From positions 167,109 to 231,108 of the IMG/VR virus record IMGVR_UViG_3300029911_000001: a stretch of 64,000 bases of DNA; one strand, given 5' to 3'. The notes beneath the pieces are model-generated. The model searched no databases. It saw only the letters and a list, made by a program, of their open reading frames with translations, and was not told the origin of the DNA. The translations under genes and the position numbers were made by a program. Shown here piece by piece: positions 46,445-56,579 of this stretch. The number at the start of each line of letters is the position of its first letter. The stretch's first letter is position 1.

Positions 46445-46612
46445 ATGGATGCCCTGACCACACTACTCGAATCCGATGGTTGGACAGTAGAGTGTGAGTC
46501 CCCGCTGGAGATTCGCCATGCTGAGACTGAGTCTTTCGCTAGTGGCTGGGCGGCTAAGCTTATCTTTGAACACTATCAAGTAATGGGCGCAAGAATTTGG
46601 AATGAGGATTGA
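46445..46612 (+). CDS. Small hypothetical protein
   Basis: MDALTTLLESDGW..., 6 nt after AGTATTA. Confidence 0.55.
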   Translation: MDALTTLLESDGWTVECESPLEIRHAETESFASGWAAKLIFEHYQVMGARIWNED

Positions 46613-46849
46613 ATGACTGCTAGGAAATTTGAATACAGGGAACCAACCGAATCCAACCCGACACATCTGCCCAACGAGTTCACCATCACGGTGAGCGTTG
46701 ACAAGGTTCGGAACCTCGGCGTCAAGGTACTGAAGACCACAGACTTTGCCTCCCCACAGGCGGAAGCCTTCTTGATGCTGTATGGTGGTGCTCTGCAAGA
46801 TAAGTTGAACCTCACCATCAAAGACTTTGTAACAGAAAAGTTGGTGTAA
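46613..46849 (+). CDS. Hypothetical protein
   Basis: Coupled 78 aa ORF. Confidence 0.6.
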   Translation: MTARKFEYREPTESNPTHLPNEFTITVSVDKVRNLGVKVLKTTDFASPQAEAFLMLYGGALQDKLNLTIKDFVTEKLV

Positions 46850-46851
46850 TC

Positions 46852-47139
46852 ATGGCAAAGACCGAGGCAGCATCGCCCGACCTCATCGCAATAGAACCCT
46901 ATGACGGGGAGACCCAACTTCTGGTTGTTCAGGTCTACCTTGACAATGGGGTAGTCTATGAGTACGATGTCAAGGGTGCCCACAAGGCTCGTGAGCACGC
47001 ATGTGCTATCATTGTAGGCGGCTATCGCCACAACGATGGTGCTGGAGAGTTCGAACACTACCCGCCTCATCGTGTGGCAAAGGTAAAAGTTGTTGGAGTC
47101 ATCCCCACCAAGTACCCAGACCGGGTGTCAGGAACATAA
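46852..47139 (+). CDS. Hypothetical protein
   Basis: 95 aa ORF. Confidence 0.65.
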   Translation: MAKTEAASPDLIAIEPYDGETQLLVVQVYLDNGVVYEYDVKGAHKAREHACAIIVGGYRHNDGAGEFEHYPPHRVAKVKVVGVIPTKYPDRVSGT

Positions 47140-48371
47140 TGCCAAACGCTGACTGCTGCGACATCTGCGGCGAGACATATCACAGAAGCGAGAACTGTGG
47201 TCGCATTGTTCCTCGCGACCGAGTGTTCGGTTCTGTATTCGGCCAAGCTATCGGCGATGCCATCGGACATCCTATCGAGTTCATCGAAGCTGGCACCGAT
47301 GCCAAGCAAGTTTCCGGCCTACTCGATGACAACAGGTTCACCGACGACACCCAGATGTTCTGTGCCATCGGCGAAGCTATGTTGGACTCCCCGCCTCACA
47401 AGGGTGAAGAGGAGTTCATGGTTGCCCTCGGAAAGCGGTTCGTTGACTGGCGTCACAACCCCCTTGGCGGCTCACACCGGGCTCCGGGCGGTAACTGCAT
47501 GGAAGCTGTCCGTAAGCTGGGCACCGGCATGTCATGGCGTGAGACAGGCGGTAAGGATTTCAAGGGCAACGGCACTGCTATGCGTTCGGGTGTTGTTGGA
47601 TGCGTGTACTGGAGAACCCCGGAGCTTGCCTTCCGCATCGGCTGTCTGACCAGCGTCTGCACTCACAACAACCTTGAAGCTATTCTTGCTGCTGGTACAG
47701 TGGCCTACCTCGTGGCTGCTCAAATCGGAGGGACCAGCTTTGCGGAGGCCGTGGCAAACGCTCTCCTACTGTGTGCTGACTTCGACAACCCGATGCGGGT
47801 TCCCAGTTATCCACAGGATGTCAAGATTGGGTCGGGTTACCACAACCAGAACCCATGGTACACTGTGGCACGTTTTGGAGCCGCCTATGCACTGGGCACT
47901 GATAACGCACCCATTCACGCCGCTATCGCCGCTCTCGAAGACCCCACCAGCATTGTCAAGGATGGTGCTGCCGTACCTGCCGTCGCAGAAGCTATCTTCT
48001 TCAACGCCCGGTTCGAGAGGTACCGTGACATTGTGATTGAAGCTGCCAATAACAGCGACGACACCGACACCATCGCTGCCATCTCAGGGACTATTGCCGG
48101 GGCACGAGTAGGCTTCAAAAACATCAACAAGCATTGGACAAAGAAGATTGAGTTGGCGGAGTACCTGACTGACCTCGCTACCCGTCTGTGGGAGTTGTCG
48201 GAAGTCTACGGTCGGGAGGTTCCTGTGCTTGTCCCCCACAATGCAGTGAACATGGCGAACACCGAAGATGTTGACACCCTGCTCGACACCGATGACGCTG
48301 AAATTGAAGGTGAAGAATTGCACACCATCCTCAGTAGTGAGGATGAGGAAGAATACGAGGTAGAGTTCTAA
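47139..48371 (+). CDS. ADP-ribosylglycohydrolase (DraG/ARH family)
   Basis: AIGDAIG, FTDDTQM, GNGTAMR, NSDDTDTIAAISGTIAGA. Confidence 0.92.
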   Translation: MPNADCCDICGETYHRSENCGRIVPRDRVFGSVFGQAIGDAIGHPIEFIEAGTDAKQVSGLLDDNRFTDDTQMFCAIGEAMLDSPPHKGEEEFMVALGKRFVDWRHNPLGGSHRAPGGNCMEAVRKLGTGMSWRETGGKDFKGNGTAMRSGVVGCVYWRTPELAFRIGCLTSVCTHNNLEAILAAGTVAYLVAAQIGGTSFAEAVANALLLCADFDNPMRVPSYPQDVKIGSGYHNQNPWYTVARFGAAYALGTDNAPIHAAIAALEDPTSIVKDGAAVPAVAEAIFFNARFERYRDIVIEAANNSDDTDTIAAISGTIAGARVGFKNINKHWTKKIELAEYLTDLATRLWELSEVYGREVPVLVPHNAVNMANTEDVDTLLDTDDAEIEGEELHTILSSEDEEEYEVEF

Positions 48372-48607
48372 TGGATAAAGTGTATGATGGTGAGTTCAAG
48401 TTCCGTAAGGTAGAGCGTGAGACTCCTGAGGGCTGGGAGAACATCGCGTTCAGTGACTTGAAGGTGAGCGACCGCTTCAAGTTGTATGACGATGACACCG
48501 TTGCAGACCCTCTCGAAGATGGTTCGAGGGTGTACGTGGCTACGAGCGCAGCGTATCCTTGTCCGCCCCCTGAAGGAAATTACGGCATCGAGTTCCAAGA
48601 CGCCTAA
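48371..48607 (+). CDS. Hypothetical protein
   Basis: TAATG-coupled ORF. Confidence 0.6.
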   Translation: MDKVYDGEFKFRKVERETPEGWENIAFSDLKVSDRFKLYDDDTVADPLEDGSRVYVATSAAYPCPPPEGNYGIEFQDA

Positions 48608-48639
48608 ACCCAGTATTACAGTAGAGAGGATTACATAAC

Positions 48640-49953
48640 ATGCTATTTGGACGTGGACAGTGGGCAGTGTTCGGTATCGAAGCGAACACGATTGAGAAGT
48701 TTCAGAAGGCTCTCTCCGACCCCATCACCGTATTCGAAGTGTCGCAACTCGCGGCGTCAATCACCACCAAGTTTCAGGACAGGCCCCAGACGGGCATCAA
48801 TCCCTTCGGCAATCCCCGGCTCGATGAGAAGCTGACGGATACCGAAGTCATTTCCGAAATCAGCGAACTGCTCAAGCAGATGGACGACGACCCGGACTAC
48901 CTCGTGTCGGAAGCCGACATCACGCTGGTCAAGAACAACCTCCAGTTCATCGGCGGGGAGGAAGACTACTCTCTCGGAAACAGCAAGTACGGTTTCTGGA
49001 TGGTATCAAACGAGTACGAAGACCCGACCGACCCCAACTCCAAGAAGGAACAGATTTCCTACTCGGACATCGAGCGTCCCTTCAAGTTCCTGAACAAGGA
49101 TGAGAAGAAGGGTGTCGAAGAGCGTGTCGCCGCAACCTCCATCCTGAACCGCAGCCAGTTCCCTGTCATGGTGGACTTCCAGCATGGTCGCGTCTACGTT
49201 GCATCCTCGAACGTGGATGAGGTCACCGCTGTCGGCGAACTCCTCGTGAAGCTCGGTGCGAAGACCTTCCCGTTGGTTTGGGACTTCGGCTCTTCCAACT
49301 GGCCGACTCAGTTCCTCAACACAGTCTCCAAGGAGACTCACTTCTCGGGCGAGATGAAGGAACGTGCAGAGCAGCTTGCCAAGCTCCCGGCTGACCTGAT
49401 TGAGAAGCTCGAAGACAAGCAGATGGAGAAGATTGTCAACACCTTCTTCGCCCTCGCCAAGCTGGACAGCGAAGTGTGGGTTGGTCTTACGACCCCTGCG
49501 AAGATTCGCATCCATAAGCCGATTGACGCGGTAGGTGTATCAAACCCGTCCGTCGCCTTCTCCCTGCTCAACATGTCGAACGACGCCGAAGTGGCGACCG
49601 CCAGCGTGGTGTTTCAGGAAGTCATCATCAAGCAGACCAAGCTCGGTGAGAAGCTCTACCGCAACGACTTGTTCACCATCGACATCAACGACAACGTGAA
49701 CCTTCAGGAAGCCGGGGCCGCTATGCTCCGGGGCTTCGACCTGCCCCAGTTCAAGCGGGAAGTGAAGACCACCATCAAGGCCAAGGGTCGCATGTCCGTT
49801 CGCGATTTTTGGTCTATGTGGTTACAGGGGGTACATGATTCAGTTTTGGGGTTCATTGACAACGTAACAGATGCCCTTGGACTGGATAAGGATAAGTGTG
49901 GTCTTTTGGTTCCCGACTACACGGTACAGGATGAAGTAGAAGTGGATGAGTAA
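48640..49953 (+). CDS. Hypothetical protein
   Basis: 437 aa, strong codon bias, SD GAGG. Confidence 0.8.
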   Translation: MLFGRGQWAVFGIEANTIEKFQKALSDPITVFEVSQLAASITTKFQDRPQTGINPFGNPRLDEKLTDTEVISEISELLKQMDDDPDYLVSEADITLVKNNLQFIGGEEDYSLGNSKYGFWMVSNEYEDPTDPNSKKEQISYSDIERPFKFLNKDEKKGVEERVAATSILNRSQFPVMVDFQHGRVYVASSNVDEVTAVGELLVKLGAKTFPLVWDFGSSNWPTQFLNTVSKETHFSGEMKERAEQLAKLPADLIEKLEDKQMEKIVNTFFALAKLDSEVWVGLTTPAKIRIHKPIDAVGVSNPSVAFSLLNMSNDAEVATASVVFQEVIIKQTKLGEKLYRNDLFTIDINDNVNLQEAGAAMLRGFDLPQFKREVKTTIKAKGRMSVRDFWSMWLQGVHDSVLGFIDNVTDALGLDKDKCGLLVPDYTVQDEVEVDE

Positions 49954-50098
49954 ATTTTTAAACTACGTCAAGACGGTCGATACCGTTGTAAACAAAACTC
50001 TCCCCTGATTGAGCCCTACTAATATTGGAAGGAAGAGCACCTGTGTAATAACAATTTTATTCAGATGTGCCGTATTATTTCAGAGAGGTGTTGTTGAA

Positions 50099-50518
50099 AT
50101 GAGTTATCCAATTGTAGAAGTGTCTGTTATTGTAATGGAAAACGGACGGGTACTCATCGGTCGTCCCACGGACGGCAAGTGGGAGACACCGACTGTCCCT
50201 CTGAAGTCCCTTGAAGCTGTGAAGGAAGCTGGCGGACGTGCCGCGTTCGAACTGGCCGGTATCACGGTTGAACCTCAGAACGTCCTCTTCTTCGGCGAGG
50301 AATTGAAGCCAGAAGATCACAAGGTCTTCATCTATCTGTTCTCTAAGTACCTCAACGGCGACCTCAAGCCCTCGGGTGAGTGGCAAGAAGCTGAGTGGGT
50401 AGATGTCCGTGAGTTGGCGAAGTATCAGGACGAGATGTCCGAAGCCACCGTGGATGGATTCTACAAGTTCAGCCTCGTACTTCGTCAGTCGGCGGAGCGC
50501 GGAGGAGGAACCGTATGA
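50099..50518 (+). CDS. Degenerate Nudix-fold protein
   Basis: VSVIVMENGRVLIGRP...KWE, EAEWV; Nudix box replaced by EAGGRAAFELAGI. Confidence 0.62.
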   Translation: MSYPIVEVSVIVMENGRVLIGRPTDGKWETPTVPLKSLEAVKEAGGRAAFELAGITVEPQNVLFFGEELKPEDHKVFIYLFSKYLNGDLKPSGEWQEAEWVDVRELAKYQDEMSEATVDGFYKFSLVLRQSAERGGGTV

Positions 50519-50628
50519 TTGCATCGCGAGGTAAACTCATGAACTGATTCGCCGCTTTGCTGGACTGATGAGCGAATGCGGAGTTTGCATAAGCAGTTAC
50601 GGCGATGGAGATTCTGAGGTTCAATTCA

Positions 50629-50940
50629 ATGCGACTCAAAATAGTGCCATTCATCTTGCTCTGCGCCGTCGGATGCAAGACTACCAAAATTACGCCAGCT
50701 ATCCCTTCAGCCGCAGCTTCTCCCGCGAAACTCCTTCCTATAGGGTGTGGTTTTATTGGAGACCAGTACTGGTTTGCCCTCAACAGTACGTATCAACAAC
50801 ATGAGTACATCGGTTACTCAAAAGTATCGTGCGATTTCGCCCAAGATAATTGGGAAACACTCTACTTTGAAGGCGAGATTGAGCAGCCTGAAAAGATGCG
50901 TGCCAAGTATTCTGATCCCAAAACAGGACTATTGCCATGA
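50629..50940 (+). CDS. Putative lipoprotein
   Basis: MRLKIVPFILLCAVGC lipobox-like signal. Confidence 0.62.
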   Translation: MRLKIVPFILLCAVGCKTTKITPAIPSAAASPAKLLPIGCGFIGDQYWFALNSTYQQHEYIGYSKVSCDFAQDNWETLYFEGEIEQPEKMRAKYSDPKTGLLP

Positions 50941-51266
50941 AATTCTTACCATTAATTCTGCCATTAATTCTGCTGTGTGTCGTTGGTTGCGCTCGTACGC
51001 CGGACTATATAACCAATGATTTTCCCGGTGTTTGGTTTTGGCATCAAAGTAGGCCGACGACAAAGCATGGCATCTGCGCTATAGTTGAGGGGCCAGTGGA
51101 CGGCAAGCTCGATGACCGCGACGGCAGTGTTTGGGGAGTTGAGTTGCCTGATCCCAAGCCCAATAAGGACGGAATGAGTTCAGGTCCGACGCCTGAATAC
51201 CAGTTCAATACAGGCCGCGAGGCCGCAGCATGGGCAGAGAAGAATTGCCCGACAGGAGCCAAATGA
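50937..51266 (+). CDS. Putative lipoprotein
   Basis: MKFLPLILPLILLCVVGC lipobox-like signal. Confidence 0.65.
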   Translation: MKFLPLILPLILLCVVGCARTPDYITNDFPGVWFWHQSRPTTKHGICAIVEGPVDGKLDDRDGSVWGVELPDPKPNKDGMSSGPTPEYQFNTGREAAAWAEKNCPTGAK

Positions 51267-52450
51267 AATTATTACCATTCATCCTGCTGTGCGCCGCGGT
51301 TGGAGCAGCGCAAACAGCCCATCCATCATTATCGTCAGGTCCAGAAGATGTGTGCATCGGCAAGACCGCGTGCAAACTATCGCAAGCAGAAGAAAAACAT
51401 CTGGCTATTGTATCCAACAGATCGTCCTTTGAATTTTGCGCTACACACTTCGATGAAGGAACTGCTTGGTACTATGACAACCTAGAACAGCATCGGTGGA
51501 CTTCTGCTTCATGCACACAATTGCTGTTTCAGCCGACTGAATTACAAGTCAAGCTTTGGGATGAAGGGCGGGTAAAACTTAAATCCCCCGTCAAGCCTGC
51601 GCCCCCAACTGCTTCCTACCCTTCGATTATAAGAAACTGGCGGGGCGCGGCTGTTATCAGCGAAGGGGGCGGTGGCGGAAACTTATCCGACTCCGACTCC
51701 GATGAGGGGGGCGTCTTTGATGGAGGCGCAATGCGGACAAATTGCATTGGAGTGGATGTATGGGGAAACTGCACTGAGCTACGGGGGCAAGTGAAGCAAG
51801 CGGGTCGTCCACTATCCCTTTACCACATCACCGGATATGCTTCGCTTGCAGATGGAGGAGACTGCACTCACCCGCCTATCGCGGTATTTGGCGTGTATCG
51901 GGAAGATGCTCTAGTCAGATCTGGACTCAGTCCCTCACTTAGTGGCGTAACGGTGTGGAATGAAAAGGAGTGGGAAGACCATGAGAAAAACGTAGACCCT
52001 GCATCATTTAAGGCGGATTGCGATATTGTCAGGCTTGAGCAGGGGTCTACGCCAGCACCGTCTTTATGGGACCAGCCTACCTTGCAGGTGAACCCGCTGA
52101 CCCCGCCACCCCCGCTTGAGCAGGAGTCTACACTGTCAACCCCACCAGCATCGCTTACCTCGTCCACTCTCAGCTTCGACGATCCCAAGTCAGGCCGCAT
52201 CGACCGATTGAGTGACGACGAGTACGCCGAGCTTCAGAAACTGCGTGCTGCCGTCGCCGCGAAGGAGAAGGAGATTGCTAAGGCGCATGGGGTAGCTTTG
52301 GAGTCCGTTCTTACCCATAAAGGAGTAAACACTTGCTTAGCAGATGCTCCATTCTACACATGCGACATAGATCGGTATAGCGGACCCGACGCCTATGAAT
52401 ACCGGGGCCAATACTTGCTCGTCAATGTACCGCTGGGGGTAAAGCCGTGA
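51263..52450 (+). CDS. Putative secreted protein
   Basis: MKLLPFILLCAAVGAAQ signal peptide; Cys pairs. Confidence 0.68.
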   Translation: MKLLPFILLCAAVGAAQTAHPSLSSGPEDVCIGKTACKLSQAEEKHLAIVSNRSSFEFCATHFDEGTAWYYDNLEQHRWTSASCTQLLFQPTELQVKLWDEGRVKLKSPVKPAPPTASYPSIIRNWRGAAVISEGGGGGNLSDSDSDEGGVFDGGAMRTNCIGVDVWGNCTELRGQVKQAGRPLSLYHITGYASLADGGDCTHPPIAVFGVYREDALVRSGLSPSLSGVTVWNEKEWEDHEKNVDPASFKADCDIVRLEQGSTPAPSLWDQPTLQVNPLTPPPPLEQESTLSTPPASLTSSTLSFDDPKSGRIDRLSDDEYAELQKLRAAVAAKEKEIAKAHGVALESVLTHKGVNTCLADAPFYTCDIDRYSGPDAYEYRGQYLLVNVPLGVKP

Positions 52451-52607
52451 GGAAGTGTCCACCGGAGCCATGCATCACTTGTTCTGAATGCGAGGCTGTT
52501 GACTCGCACGAGCCGTGGTGCTCAAAGTACATTCATGCCGCCAAAGGAACCCGCGTTTGAAGTTTGAAGTATTTTTGAGTATCTAAAGGTAAGAGCAGGT
52601 AGGTATT

Positions 52608-53753
52608 TTGAACTTCATCTCTCAGCGACCAAACCATTGGAATGAAATCGTAGGTCAAGAACGAGTTACTAAGCTTCTTGGTTGCATTCTCAAGACTGAG
52701 CGGTTCATGCCACGGGGATACCTGTTTCAAGGTCCCGTCGGCGTAGGTAAAACCACGCTGGCATATCTTACCGCAAGGTCTTTGATGTGTACCGGCGACG
52801 ACCCCATGGGTTGCGGCAAGTGCTCCTCGTGCAAATTCATTGACAGTGCCGAAGACATTGAACGAGGATTGAACCTCTCCTCTGATTTTACGGAAGTGGA
52901 CGCAGCGTCCAACTCTGGGGTGGAGCACGCTCGTAGCCTGATGGACATCATGGACTCACCCCCCTCTGGCATCGCACGCCGTCGGATACTTCTAGTGGAT
53001 GAGGCTCACCAACTATCCAAGGAGGCGTGGGACACTTACTTGAAACCTCTGGAGGCTAAGGACACTACCAGTATTTTTATCTTCCTGTCCAACCAGCCTG
53101 AGAGCATTCCGGGGTCAATCTCCAGTCGTTTGACTCCTATGTTCTTTGAACGAGTCCACGTTGACCAAATATTTGGACTCATCGCCAATCTGGCGAACGC
53201 TAACAACATCCCCTACGAGCATGACGCTCTCCGCTACATCGCCCAACGGTCGAAGGGTATTGTCCGTGATGCTGTGAAGTGGCTCGGCATGGTCGCTTCG
53301 ATGGGCACGCTCACCAAGGAACTGGTGAAGGACGCTCTGCATGACGTGCTGGAAGACTACTGCCTGAAGTGTTACACGTCTCTCATTCTGGGCAACCAAA
53401 TAGAAGCGGTTCGATGGATAGATGAAGCTGGCCGTAACTATAGTACAAGTAAAGTAATCGAAGTGCTGTTCTCCATCTACGCCCGTACCCCATGGGCGGA
53501 GCCGGGAAGTCTGTACTCCCAAATAGCCCACAGGCTTCCCAACGTTGGTGAGGTAGACTCCATCTTCATCAAGTGGTTGAACAACACGAACCTGCCTTCA
53601 GACACCCTGCCGCTGGTGGTTTATGAACTCATCAACACACTGGACGTGCCAACTACGGCTAAGTCACGGGCTAAAGGGGGAACTATAGGTAGCCAGCCCA
53701 TCAAGGGGGGCATCATCCCGGAAGAAGATTTTGATAAGTATGTTAATGGTTAG
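52608..53753 (+). CDS. dnaX: DNA pol III gamma/tau-like clamp loader subunit
   Basis: RP..W.EIVGQ, GPVGVGKTT, CGKCSSC, EVDAASNSGV, DEAHQLS...LKPLE, SISSR. Confidence 0.9.
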   Translation: MNFISQRPNHWNEIVGQERVTKLLGCILKTERFMPRGYLFQGPVGVGKTTLAYLTARSLMCTGDDPMGCGKCSSCKFIDSAEDIERGLNLSSDFTEVDAASNSGVEHARSLMDIMDSPPSGIARRRILLVDEAHQLSKEAWDTYLKPLEAKDTTSIFIFLSNQPESIPGSISSRLTPMFFERVHVDQIFGLIANLANANNIPYEHDALRYIAQRSKGIVRDAVKWLGMVASMGTLTKELVKDALHDVLEDYCLKCYTSLILGNQIEAVRWIDEAGRNYSTSKVIEVLFSIYARTPWAEPGSLYSQIAHRLPNVGEVDSIFIKWLNNTNLPSDTLPLVVYELINTLDVPTTAKSRAKGGTIGSQPIKGGIIPEEDFDKYVNG

Positions 53754-53798
53754 GAAAAAGTCAGTATTATCCATGTGATGGTTTAGGAGATTTTTCAC

Positions 53799-54062
53799 AT
53801 GGAAGTTATGCTCGTAATTTTTAACGGCTGGGTTCTTACCAAGCTGTGGATGTGGTTCGCCGTCCCCTTCTTTCACGCTCGGCCTATGAGCATCGCTTTC
53901 GCGATTGGTTTCTCCATCATCATCCGCTTCTTCACCTACGACTCCACTATCCCCCGCAATAAGTCAAAAGGCTGGCAGGAAATCACCATTGCGTTCCTAA
54001 CTCCCTATATCTCCGGTGGCTTTGCGCTGTTGTTCGGTTACATTGTTTCCCGTTACCTGTAA
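53799..54062 (+). CDS. Small membrane protein
   Basis: Hydrophobic segments; SD AGGAG. Confidence 0.7.
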   Translation: MEVMLVIFNGWVLTKLWMWFAVPFFHARPMSIAFAIGFSIIIRFFTYDSTIPRNKSKGWQEITIAFLTPYISGGFALLFGYIVSRYL

Positions 54063-54086
54063 CCTATTGCGTAGAAAGAAGGCAGC

Positions 54087-55301
54087 GTGATACTGGAATA
54101 TGGAAACTGTGCCCTTTTGCAGGGGTTGGATTGGTATCTCGTTGAACTCCGCTCGGAAAAGACGATTGAGCCCACCATGCGTCGTGTTGGTAAGGCTATC
54201 CCTAACATCTTTCGGGTAGACCCGGTAGAAATTTTCATACCTGTGTTCAAGCGCGACCTCGACCTCTTCGAAATGAAGACGGGTTGCTACGTGTTCGTCC
54301 GCAGCACAAACTTCCCTGCCTTGCTTCGTCTGAAGACCATCACAGGGGTGGTATCCCTCGTCACGGAAGGGGACTCGAATCGTCCATCCAAGGTCATCAA
54401 GGTTGAGGACAGTTACGTGCAGACTATTATTGCAGACGCGGAGGAAGAATTTCGCAACCGTGGCATCGGCATTGAAGTGGACTCATTCGTACGTGTGCTT
54501 AACGGTGACACTCGGGACTACTGCGGTACAGTCGAAGCTATCGGCGACGGTAAAGCCATTGTCCGTATCAACCTGAAGACCAAGAGCATTTTGCTAGAAA
54601 CTCCCCTGCGCAATCTCCTCAACCTCTCACAAGTTCCCGCCAATCAGCGAGTGTACTATTTCTGCCCATTGGTGGAGGAGTTGGTGATTGACCAAGGACA
54701 GGCCGGACTTGATTTGATAGAGGGGGACCTGAAGCTAGGGGAGGCAGTCGCTGCGGTAAATCAGGATGATGCCCGTGAACCCAAGCCTCACTCCCGGCAG
54801 AAGACAGTTACGGCGTTGGTCAAGCGGCTCATTCTTATTGAGAACCAGCATGAGCCTATGACCATCTGCAAAAAAATTGTGGAGGCTCTGAAGACGGGGG
54901 ACATCAAGGTTCCCAAAAACTACTTCATTATCTACGGTATCGTAAAGGATCGTTTGATGCGGGATTACTTCCAAATTACTGACCCTACCATTTCCAACTA
55001 TAAGGAAGTCATAAATAAGTACGGGAAGGACTATAAGTTCTCGGCAGAGATGATTTCTAAGTTAGACCCTAGTTTGAAACTCCCAGTATTAAGTAGTGAG
55101 GAACCCGCCCTCCCTCTCAAGAAGGGGCAGATTGCCCCTAAGCGTCGTGGTCGTCCTCGTAAAAGCCCTGAAGTCACCAAAGTCGTCAAAAAGAAGAGAG
55201 TGCTCTCTGACAAGAATAAAAAGAAGATGATTGAGGGGCTTAAGAAATGGCACGCCTCTCGCAATGGTTTGAAGGGCGCTAAGAAGAAAGAGAAGGTTTG
55301 A
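54087..55301 (+). CDS. NusG/RfaH-family transcription factor with long C-terminal extension
   Basis: WYLVEL...IFIP...GCYVFVR...ITGVVSLV (NGN); VRVLNGDTRDYCGTVEAI (KOW); KRRGRPRK. Confidence 0.78.
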   Translation: MILEYGNCALLQGLDWYLVELRSEKTIEPTMRRVGKAIPNIFRVDPVEIFIPVFKRDLDLFEMKTGCYVFVRSTNFPALLRLKTITGVVSLVTEGDSNRPSKVIKVEDSYVQTIIADAEEEFRNRGIGIEVDSFVRVLNGDTRDYCGTVEAIGDGKAIVRINLKTKSILLETPLRNLLNLSQVPANQRVYYFCPLVEELVIDQGQAGLDLIEGDLKLGEAVAAVNQDDAREPKPHSRQKTVTALVKRLILIENQHEPMTICKKIVEALKTGDIKVPKNYFIIYGIVKDRLMRDYFQITDPTISNYKEVINKYGKDYKFSAEMISKLDPSLKLPVLSSEEPALPLKKGQIAPKRRGRPRKSPEVTKVVKKKRVLSDKNKKKMIEGLKKWHASRNGLKGAKKKEKV

Positions 55302-55302
55302 T

Positions 55303-56112
55303 ATGTCGGTCAGCGCGATATCCAGTTACGTCAAGACGCATGAACGTCTTCTGATTGTAATCATCATTGTCGCTCTGCTCGGGTGGGGCACCAACAAGGG
55401 GTTGAACATATATGGTGGCTCTGAGCAGAGCAAGGTGACTTCCCTTCAGACTCAGCTTGACGGGACAAAACAGCAGGCCGCAGCGGCACAACAGTCAGCG
55501 ACGGATGCCAAGACGGCGGCTCAGGTTACCGCTGCTCAGGCAAATCAGGATAAGGTGGCATCCGTCGCTGTTATCACCGCACTGTCACAGCAGAACGCTA
55601 GTCTCTCGAACCAGATAATTCAGCGGGGACAGCAAACTCAGAAACAGCAGACCACCGACCTAAACGCCACCATCCCAGAGCTTAGTACCCGGTTCAAGTC
55701 TCTTGTACCTAATGTTATTCCTACGGATGTTGTAGTCGCGGCAGACGGCAAGACAGTCAATATCGGGCAGGATACCGCAGAAAAGTCAATAGCCCAACTT
55801 GAACTTGTACCTTCGCTTCAGGCGGACAACAGTGCCCTCACGACGCAAGTCAAAAACGGTCAGACGGAATTAGATTCGTTGCAGAAGACGCTGGATAGTC
55901 AGAGCAGCCTCACTGACGCTCAGGCAAAGGTCATAGCCGCACAGGATTCGTACGCTACCCTGCTGGCAACGGAACAAAAACAGTCAGACGCTGTATGGCA
56001 GGGTAAGTTGGATGTTGAAAAGACCAACACGAAGAAGGCTTATCTCAAGGGCTTCAAGTGGGGAGCTATCACAGGTTTCATCGGCGGTCTTTTCGCGGGA
56101 CACGCATTATAA
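55303..56112 (+). CDS. Membrane-anchored coiled-coil protein (spanin-like)
   Basis: N-terminal TM, long Gln/Ala coiled coil, C-terminal hydrophobic GAITGFIGGLF. Confidence 0.5.
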   Translation: MSVSAISSYVKTHERLLIVIIIVALLGWGTNKGLNIYGGSEQSKVTSLQTQLDGTKQQAAAAQQSATDAKTAAQVTAAQANQDKVASVAVITALSQQNASLSNQIIQRGQQTQKQQTTDLNATIPELSTRFKSLVPNVIPTDVVVAADGKTVNIGQDTAEKSIAQLELVPSLQADNSALTTQVKNGQTELDSLQKTLDSQSSLTDAQAKVIAAQDSYATLLATEQKQSDAVWQGKLDVEKTNTKKAYLKGFKWGAITGFIGGLFAGHAL

Positions 56113-56125
56113 GGGGAAGTGGATG

Positions 56126-56413
56126 CTAACAAGTGATAAAGCAGCGGCAGTACATCTCTACTTGGTTTACCTGTTGCAGGAACAACCCTTTGGTCTCGTC
56201 GTCAACTTCGCTGAGGAGACTAAGCCTCTGCTTGATATCAACATCATGAACCTGACAGAGGAGCAAGCGGATACTCTCATCGCCGACTGCGTAGGGCAAT
56301 GGCAACGATTCTTTGATAGCGAGGGGACTGAAGAAGCAGCACCTTACGAGGAAGGGGACTTCGATGACAGTGAAACAGCAGCCCACGAAATCCGCAGGGG
56401 GGATGTGTGCTGA
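56126..56413 (+). CDS. Acidic hypothetical protein
   Basis: Starts MLTSDKAA. Confidence 0.6.
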   Translation, partial: LTSDKAAAVHLYLVYLLQEQPFGLVVNFAEETKPLLDINIMNLTEEQADTLIADCVGQWQRFFDSEGTEEAAPYEEGDFDDSETAAHEIRRGDVC

Positions 56414-56579
56414 GTGCGGAAGGTACAAGGCGTTGTTCCGCATAAAGTGTGGTAAGAAAGTTCGTGCGGACAAATGGCACAATCTCTGCTTTAGGTGTAG
56501 CAGGGCTCATATGAATCAGAGTAGAGGAGAAGGTCACTATGGCTATGAAAGTTATCAAGACAGCAATCCACCGGCTTAG
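56403..56579 (+). CDS. Small Cys-rich protein
   Basis: CAEC...CFRC. Confidence 0.5.
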   Translation: MCAECGRYKALFRIKCGKKVRADKWHNLCFRCSRAHMNQSRGEGHYGYESYQDSNPPA

